In this document: positions 57,902 to 64,000 of the stretch, in pieces
How the letters are laid out: each line of letters begins with the position of its first letter
Numbering within the stretch: position 1 is the first letter of the stretch
Origin: an uncultured bacterium
GTDB taxonomy: Bacteria; Auribacterota; Auribacteria; Auribacterales; Auribacteraceae
Assembly: GCA_964451165.1 (NCBI GenBank)
Contig: CAYVGJ010000002.1
Span: 97,338 to 161,337 of the forward strand
Reading direction: 5' to 3'
Length of the DNA stretch: 64,000 nt
Position numbers and translations under genes: made by a program
Notes under the pieces: model-generated
Told to the model about the DNA's origin: nothing
Seen by the model: only the letters and a program-made list of their open reading frames with translations
The model's database searches: none

Positions 57902-59932
57902 ATGCTAAATAATCTCAAAAATCTTCTTAATCCGCAACAATATGAAGCTGTAACAACTGTTGACGGACCGCTTCTTATTCTCGCAGGTGCAGGTACCGGA
58001 AAAACAAGAGTTATCACATACCGCATAGCCAATATGATTGCCAATAAAAAGATACCTCCGAAAAATATTCTCGCTGTCACCTTTACAAATAAAGCGGCTA
58101 ACGAGATGAAAGAAAGGATAATTGACCTTCTGAATAATAAAAAACTGAAACCATACATTTCCACATTTCATTCTCTTGGGCTGAGCATTTTGAAAGAAGA
58201 AATACATAATATCGGATATAGAAACAATTTTTCAATCTATGATGAATCCGATCAGTTATCATTAATAAAGAAGGTTGTAAAAGATACATGGCCTCATCTT
58301 GTAGACAAAATAAATGTGCAGAAAGTTAAAACAGCTATAAGCAAATACAAAGATAATATTATACCCCCTCAAAGTTGTATCGCTAACGCCAATGATCCTG
58401 ATGAAATCATAAACGCAACGGTTTATAAAGAATATCAGCATCGCATGAAACAATATAATGCTGTTGATTTTGATGACTTGATTCTTCTCCCTTTGATTCT
58501 TTTTGAGAATGCTCCAATTGTTTTGGAAAAATTTCAGGATAGGTTCCGTTACATAATGATAGACGAATATCAGGATACAAATTACCCTCAATTCTTATTT
58601 GCGAAAAAACTTGCCGAAAAATACGGTAACTTATGTGTTGTCGGTGATGATGATCAAAGCATATATGGCTGGCGAGGAGCCGATTATAGAAATATACTTC
58701 AATTTGATACTCATTTCCCTGATACAAAAATAATTAAACTTGAACAAAACTACAGATCGACACAAACAATTCTTGAAGCGGCAAATAGCGTAATAAAAAA
58801 TAATGCTCTGAGAAGAAGCAAGAACTTATGGTCTGCCTGTGAAGATGATAAAAAGATATCTTTAATGATATTTCCAACAGCGCGCGATGAGGCAGAATCA
58901 GTAGTAACCTTTATTGTGGATAAAAAAATCAGGGAAAACCTAAATTTTTCGGAATTTGCGATATTGATGCGTACCAATCATCAATCGCGGTTAATGGAAG
59001 AACAACTCAGAAGGAACAGAGTTCCGTATGTTCTTATCGGAGGCACAAAATTCTATGATAGAAAAGAAGTAAAAGATATTGTGGCGTATTTGAAATTTAT
59101 AATAAATCCGGAAGATGAAGTCAGTCTTTTGCGAATAATTAATACTCCTCCACGATCAATTGGTATAAATACTTTGGAACACCTTAACAAATATTGTATT
59201 GAACACAAGACTTCGTTTATAAAAGCAATAGGCAATATTGATAATATTGGAACAATTCAAAAAAAATCAGTCGAAAATATAAAAAACTTTTTGGAAATTA
59301 TTAACAAATATAGAAAAAAGTTTGAAAATGAAAATAAATTATCTGATCTTATTAACGAATTTATTGATGAAATCCAATACAAAAAGGAAATCGTTCGAAT
59401 AAGCGAAGACAAAAATGAGACGGATTCACGCATAGAAAACATAAATGAACTGATAGAGGATATCCGCTTTTATGAAGTGGAAGCTTCGGAAGATAAATCC
59501 CTTAAACAATATTTGTCCAATATTACCTTATCTCAGGACGAAGAAAATAAAAAAGGAAAAACAAACGGGGAATCTTTAACCTTAATTACATTGCATAGCT
59601 GTAAAGGCCTTGAGTTTCCGATTGTATTTATGATAGGTATGGAAGAAGGTATAATTCCGCATTCACGTTCCGTTGATGAAAATAAAGGCGATATATCGGA
59701 AGAAAGAAGATTATGTTATGTCGGCATTACACGAGCCAGAAGAGAATTGTATTTAAGCTACAGTCTCGGAAGAACAAAATACGGTGAACTGGTTCCTTCA
59801 AATCCTTCTCGTTTTCTCAAAGAAATTCCACAATCGCTGATTGAAGACTATCAAGAAGTTTTACCGGAAGATGAAGAATCAAAAATTGCTCAATTTTATC
59901 TTGAAAAAATGAAAGATATCGTTAATTCTTAA
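57902..59932 (+). CDS. pcrA: ATP-dependent DNA helicase PcrA/UvrD (SF1A)
   Basis: LNPQQYEAVTTVDGPLLILAGAGTGKTRVITYRIANMI (motif I), DEYQDTN (motif II), and ...VTLMTLHSAKGLEF-like LITLHSCKGLEFPIVF and VGITRAR (motif VI). Confidence 0.85.
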   Translation: MLNNLKNLLNPQQYEAVTTVDGPLLILAGAGTGKTRVITYRIANMIANKKIPPKNILAVTFTNKAANEMKERIIDLLNNKKLKPYISTFHSLGLSILKEEIHNIGYRNNFSIYDESDQLSLIKKVVKDTWPHLVDKINVQKVKTAISKYKDNIIPPQSCIANANDPDEIINATVYKEYQHRMKQYNAVDFDDLILLPLILFENAPIVLEKFQDRFRYIMIDEYQDTNYPQFLFAKKLAEKYGNLCVVGDDDQSIYGWRGADYRNILQFDTHFPDTKIIKLEQNYRSTQTILEAANSVIKNNALRRSKNLWSACEDDKKISLMIFPTARDEAESVVTFIVDKKIRENLNFSEFAILMRTNHQSRLMEEQLRRNRVPYVLIGGTKFYDRKEVKDIVAYLKFIINPEDEVSLLRIINTPPRSIGINTLEHLNKYCIEHKTSFIKAIGNIDNIGTIQKKSVENIKNFLEIINKYRKKFENENKLSDLINEFIDEIQYKKEIVRISEDKNETDSRIENINELIEDIRFYEVEASEDKSLKQYLSNITLSQDEENKKGKTNGESLTLITLHSCKGLEFPIVFMIGMEEGIIPHSRSVDENKGDISEERRLCYVGITRARRELYLSYSLGRTKYGELVPSNPSRFLKEIPQSLIEDYQEVLPEDEESKIAQFYLEKMKDIVNS

Positions 59933-60053
59933 ATAGTAGCTTTTTTTACTTTATTTCCGGCGAATAATAATATAAGTATACTTGAACCAATAAATGTAAT
60001 TTAAAGTCAAGTATGAGATAAAAACGAATTTTCTATTTACAGGATGTAAAAGA

Positions 60054-62363
60054 ATGAGAATGAATTTAAAATTTTGCACTTTTTTTGTCTTAGTTTTATA
60101 TCTTCTTTCTGTCAGTGGTGATATCTTTTCAAAAGATATTCAGTTAACAGGAGATAGAATTTTTCTTAAAAACGGAAGAATGATCGAGGGCTCAATTGTT
60201 CAGGAAAAAGATGATTATATTAAAATAAAAGTAGATGGAATATCGGATATTAAAATTTCCAGAGATAATATTCAATACATAAAAAAAGCTTCCGAAGACG
60301 CGATTAAGGAAGTTGAGCAATATGAGAAAGAAAATATCAACAAAGGGATGGTAAAATATAAAGATAAATGGGTAACACAAGATGAATACCAGAAATTGAC
60401 CTCTAAGGATTCACTTGATGAAGAAGTCAGACTGTTAAGAATGGAAAAACAACGGTTATTGACAGAAATAAATGCTCTTCACGGAAAAAGATTGTATGAA
60501 GATAAAAAAAACAAGTTCAGTTTCAATCCGCCGGAAGAATGGAAACAGGTTACTGCTCAGGAAGACCAGATTGTAGGCAGATTCATAGATCCGCTTGAAG
60601 ACGATTTTCCCGAATATATCAATATATATGTAAATGACAAAACTTCAAATGAAGTAGACCAGGATTTCATTGATATATCTTTAAAAAACCTTCAGGAAGA
60701 AAAAAAAGGGTATCTGAAAAAAGTAAGAAGTTTTGATGTTGCCAAAGTTGACGGTCTTAATGCGTTAAAAGTTATTATGAGCAGTTATTTTTTTAAAGAT
60801 GCTGAGTCTTCTAAGGAAGTTGAAGAACCGTATCATCAGAAAATGATAGTATATTTAATAATAGGCAAAACGAAATTGTACCGTGTGGAATTCTCGTGCC
60901 TGACTAAAGATTATGATAGATACTCACCGGTTTTTGAAAACTGTATAAAATCTTTTCTTATAAATGACCGGCCTGGCGAAATATCCCTTCCCAAAGAATC
61001 CGGGATTGTTCAGGCAGAGACAAATGAGGATACTGTTCCCGTTGCTTCAACAATAGGTGTTGCCGAGGAAGTATCAAAAATATCAGAACCGGCAAAAGAG
61101 TTCGGTGTTGACAAAATATTCTTAAAGGATAAACGGGTTGTGGAAGGTACAATTCTTCAGGAATCACCCGAAAATGTAAAAATTAGAGTTGAATCGGCTT
61201 CAACACCCGAATATGCGTTGACTGTATCAAAAAATGATATCGATAAAATCGAATGGCTTGGTGAAGATGAACGTCAGAAAAAACTTGAATATGAGGAACA
61301 ACAACGCCTTAAAGGATTGGTAAAATTTTACGGAAAATGGATTACTCCTGAAGATAGAGATAATTTCTATCGCCAGGCTGAAAGCGAACAACAAGGGATA
61401 GTTGATGCTTGGGACGAGGATAAAAAATCAAGAGAGGAATTATCCCAGCAGGAACAAATTTCAAGTATTGAGAATAAAAAAGATGAGGAAATACAGAGTG
61501 TTCTGACTAAATTAAAGAAAATGGAGCTTGAAAAAGAAGAACTTCAAAATCAACTCTATAAACAAAAGGATATAACAAACAAAAAACTGGATAAATTCCT
61601 TGAGCGGGACCGGCAACAGATACCTGTGGGCAAAGTTGCTACCGGAAGTATGCAGTCAATTGTAAAAGTCTTTTCAAGAGATAGATATACTGCTGCATAT
61701 CAGGGAAAATTCAAAGGGTCGGGGAGCGGAGCCATAATAAATTCGCGAGGAATTATTATAACCAATTATTATATATCAGATAACCCTTCAATGAACGATT
61801 ATTTTGTTGAATTACCCGGACATGAGAAACGTGAAGTTATAAAAGCAAAATTGCTTCAATATGATCCCATTTTAGATGTGGCTATATTAAGCATCGATGG
61901 AGAAGCGTTAAAACTTGTGCCGTTACCCATCGGAAATTCTGATACCGTCACAGAGGGGGATGAGATACTAAGTGTAGGCGCGCCTAAGGGTTATAAAGAT
62001 TCATTTATATCAGGCAACGTTTTGAGTTTAAAAGCGGACTTAATCGATCTTATTGAATCCAACTTACAGTTAAGATGGAATCTTGAAAACAAATATAGAA
62101 CCACTGTCGGCGTTGAAATGGCAAAAAAATTCCATAACGAATACGGAATTGTAAAGATGATCCAACACAACGCCCTTATGTATTCCGGCAATAATGGCGG
62201 TCCGCTTCTGGATAAAAATTCGGCACTTATCGGTATTAATCAGAATATTCGAGTTGAAGGAAGGTTCCCTGTAGTGCTCGCTCCAACAACATTAAGTTTC
62301 AATATGGCATTATCGATAAATTCTCTAAAAAAACAGAGAAAGTTTGCCCGTTACCTCCGATAA
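60054..62363 (+). CDS. Secreted protein with a duplicated ~90-aa N-terminal module, coiled coils and a C-terminal catalytically inactive trypsin/HtrA-like (S1C) domain
   Basis: A signal peptide. The repeats are GDRIFLKNGRMIEGSIVQE...KGMVKYKDKWVTQDEYQKL and VDKIFLKDKRVVEGTILQE...KGLVKFYGKWITPEDRDNF. The S1C layout is GSGAIINSRGIIITNYYIS (His to Tyr), DVAILSI (Asp kept), and GNNGGPLL (Ser to Asn). Confidence 0.5.
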   Translation: MRMNLKFCTFFVLVLYLLSVSGDIFSKDIQLTGDRIFLKNGRMIEGSIVQEKDDYIKIKVDGISDIKISRDNIQYIKKASEDAIKEVEQYEKENINKGMVKYKDKWVTQDEYQKLTSKDSLDEEVRLLRMEKQRLLTEINALHGKRLYEDKKNKFSFNPPEEWKQVTAQEDQIVGRFIDPLEDDFPEYINIYVNDKTSNEVDQDFIDISLKNLQEEKKGYLKKVRSFDVAKVDGLNALKVIMSSYFFKDAESSKEVEEPYHQKMIVYLIIGKTKLYRVEFSCLTKDYDRYSPVFENCIKSFLINDRPGEISLPKESGIVQAETNEDTVPVASTIGVAEEVSKISEPAKEFGVDKIFLKDKRVVEGTILQESPENVKIRVESASTPEYALTVSKNDIDKIEWLGEDERQKKLEYEEQQRLKGLVKFYGKWITPEDRDNFYRQAESEQQGIVDAWDEDKKSREELSQQEQISSIENKKDEEIQSVLTKLKKMELEKEELQNQLYKQKDITNKKLDKFLERDRQQIPVGKVATGSMQSIVKVFSRDRYTAAYQGKFKGSGSGAIINSRGIIITNYYISDNPSMNDYFVELPGHEKREVIKAKLLQYDPILDVAILSIDGEALKLVPLPIGNSDTVTEGDEILSVGAPKGYKDSFISGNVLSLKADLIDLIESNLQLRWNLENKYRTTVGVEMAKKFHNEYGIVKMIQHNALMYSGNNGGPLLDKNSALIGINQNIRVEGRFPVVLAPTTLSFNMALSINSLKKQRKFARYLR

Positions 62364-62365
62364 AA

Positions 62366-63727
62366 TTAATAAGTATAATGGCCTCTAATACCAGTAATTA
62401 CAATATTATCTTCTGTTTCATCCCCTGATGGGTTAAAAATTATTTGGATATCTGGGGATATGGTAAACTTATCGTTTATTTTTATTCTATAATAAACTTC
62501 AGCGTTACTTTCTATACCTGCACGTTTTTCGTTTTGATTGTTGCCTGTTTCATCCAGATCAAAATTCATTCTTTTCAGATTGGTCATAACCTCTCTGTTG
62601 GGTTTTACCTGTCCAAATGCGATTCCAAGGACGTCATTAGGCCTGAATTGGAGCGGATCATCTATTTGTAAACCCGAACTCCATGCCCATTCTGTTTCAC
62701 TTTCTGAAATATGATCATCTCTGAATCCAACTCTGCCGAACCATGTTATTTTTTCGGATAATTTTTGATCTGTACTTAAACCAAAACCGGCGCTTTCATC
62801 ATTTTCAACCGGATTTTCATTTGAATGCCGATTCCCATTCAAAGTGAAATATGTTCGAGTATTGCCATCAAGATTGTTAATTTTATATTTGAAGTCAAAT
62901 TCGGATATCCAGCATATTCGGTCAAAAACAAAATTACCGTCTTCATCACCACTTTGAATTCCACTACTGAAATCAAGCCAATCGGTAAAGCAGTATTTTG
63001 CTGTAACACCAGGCCCATTACCGGGTATGTCTAAGACAGCACTATTAACAAAAGCAGGAGATAAAAATTGTATATTTTCGTCGTTTGCTACCGTATTGGT
63101 ATCATAATAATTTGTCAGGTCGATTTTTCCTATCGAGAAAATAAATTTTTCAGATAAAAATGATTGTTCATAAAGAGCTTCGAGGACATGTACTGTTCCA
63201 TTGTTTGAACCGGCGTCAGCATTCACACCGGAATATGTACCCAAAACGGAATTCGGTCCATCATTTCCCACTGCTTCCAGATCGACAAAAAATATGCCGT
63301 TTTGGGTTATTTTGCTTTCAAAATACAAATCTAATGATCCTTCGGCATTAGTTGTATTCTGAGGTTTGTTTCCCATTGAAGCCTGGATTACTCCCGTGGC
63401 TTCGCCAAATATTTTTAAATTCATATTTTCGTTGACTTTTATTTTTGGCAACTCTTCTGCTATTAGATCACTATGTGTCTCATTGTATTTAATAGGAGGA
63501 TTGGAACCAGGGGAAGCGTTTGATGGTAAATTGAGAACCATTTTTCGCAAATTTTCGTTTTCTGATTTGAGTTTGCGTAGCTCATTTAAAACGAGATTGA
63601 AATCGGTTTTCATTTTACGCATTTCTTCTTTTAACTCTCTAATATCATCTGAAGCAACTTGTTGTGAATTAATTGAATTTGCGATAAATAAATTCAAAAT
63701 AACACAGAAAAAAATAATTTTTTTCAT
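62366..63727 (-). CDS. Outer-membrane beta-barrel porin-like protein with an N-terminal coiled-coil segment (OprB/carbohydrate-porin-like)
   Basis: A signal peptide. A ~50-aa heptad-like segment (IRELKEEMRKMKTDFNLVLNELRKLKSENENLRKM). Then alternating amphipathic beta-strand composition rich in G/N/D/Y/F, ending in an aromatic residue. Confidence 0.45.
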   Translation of the reverse strand: MKKIIFFCVILNLFIANSINSQQVASDDIRELKEEMRKMKTDFNLVLNELRKLKSENENLRKMVLNLPSNASPGSNPPIKYNETHSDLIAEELPKIKVNENMNLKIFGEATGVIQASMGNKPQNTTNAEGSLDLYFESKITQNGIFFVDLEAVGNDGPNSVLGTYSGVNADAGSNNGTVHVLEALYEQSFLSEKFIFSIGKIDLTNYYDTNTVANDENIQFLSPAFVNSAVLDIPGNGPGVTAKYCFTDWLDFSSGIQSGDEDGNFVFDRICWISEFDFKYKINNLDGNTRTYFTLNGNRHSNENPVENDESAGFGLSTDQKLSEKITWFGRVGFRDDHISESETEWAWSSGLQIDDPLQFRPNDVLGIAFGQVKPNREVMTNLKRMNFDLDETGNNQNEKRAGIESNAEVYYRIKINDKFTISPDIQIIFNPSGDETEDNIVITGIRGHYTY

Positions 63728-63774
63728 AAATTCCCCCTGAAAAGATTTTTATGATTAAAATTCAATAATATTTC

Positions 63775-64000
63775 TTATTCTGTTTTGGGAGTCGAGACGA
63801 TATTTGTATTTTCAGCTTCTTTTGGCGGTTCCCAGAATGGGCCATCTTCGAGATTTTTGTACTTATCATAACATGATAAGAATATTTCTACTACTTTGGG
63901 ATCAAATTGTGTACCTGAACATCTTTGAATTTCTGCTACAGCAATATCAACTTTACTTTTCTGCCGATATGTGCGGTTGCTTGTTATGGCGTCAAAAGTA
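63775..64000 (-). CDS. HD-GYP domain phosphodiesterase, C-terminal fragment; the gene continues beyond the window
   Basis: My translation of the minus strand gives ...TFDAITSNRTYRQKSKVDIAVAEIQRCSGTQFDPKVVEIFLSCYDKYKNLEDGPFWEPPKEAENTNIVSTPKTE*, matching the HD-GYP C-terminus (DvyDALtS-R-Y...a...GtqFDP-vv--F). This ORF is not in the supplied track because it lacks a start in the window. Confidence 0.55.
   Translation of the reverse strand, partial: TFDAITSNRTYRQKSKVDIAVAEIQRCSGTQFDPKVVEIFLSCYDKYKNLEDGPFWEPPKEAENTNIVSTPKTE

Overview
This is a 64 kb window from an AT-rich diderm bacterium with LPS heptose genes, an outer-membrane porin and a Wza-like exporter. The GC content looks low by eye, and no phylum assignment is attempted. 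The window is densely coding and mixes three kinds of content. First, housekeeping operons: ribBA-ribH-nusB; rplU-rpmA-obg-proB-proA-nadD-rsfS-argS; alkD-like with prmA; pcrA; and asd. Second, a large cell-envelope and glycan theme. At the 5' end: a Wza-like exporter, an O-antigen-ligase-like TPR protein, GT4, rfbB, a nucleotide-sugar dehydrogenase and a eukaryotic-type UDP-galactopyranose mutase homolog. Then a tightly overlapping, co-directional roughly 13 kb LPS-core/heptose operon (36.6-50.5 kb): macro domain, B12-radical SAM, GT9, heptose-7-P kinase, heptose-1-P adenylyltransferase, two proteins each built of tandem Kdo/WaaP-type kinase-like domains, GT4, WbaP-like phosphotransferase, GT2, GT9, an atypical AcpS, and asd, closed by a strong bidirectional terminator. 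There are also several GT-C-type polytopic membrane proteins, including one with an STT3/PglB-like WWDYG-type motif. Third, uncharacterised loci. One is a DUF4062(TIR-like)-TPR protein translationally coupled to a NUDIX hydrolase. Another is a compact five-gene operon: DUF4186, SprT-like metalloprotease, DUF1848 with a C-terminal CxxxCxxC, a radical SAM protein, and a pentein-like protein. A third is a secreted protein with a duplicated N-terminal module and a catalytically dead HtrA-like domain. The last is an ABC importer whose solute-binding protein is fused to the permease. No rRNA, tRNA, CRISPR or mobile elements were recognised. The ORF track uses TTG/GTG as well as ATG starts, so several starts were re-placed by RBS and N-terminal conservation. 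All similarity statements come from motif recognition by eye, not database searches.
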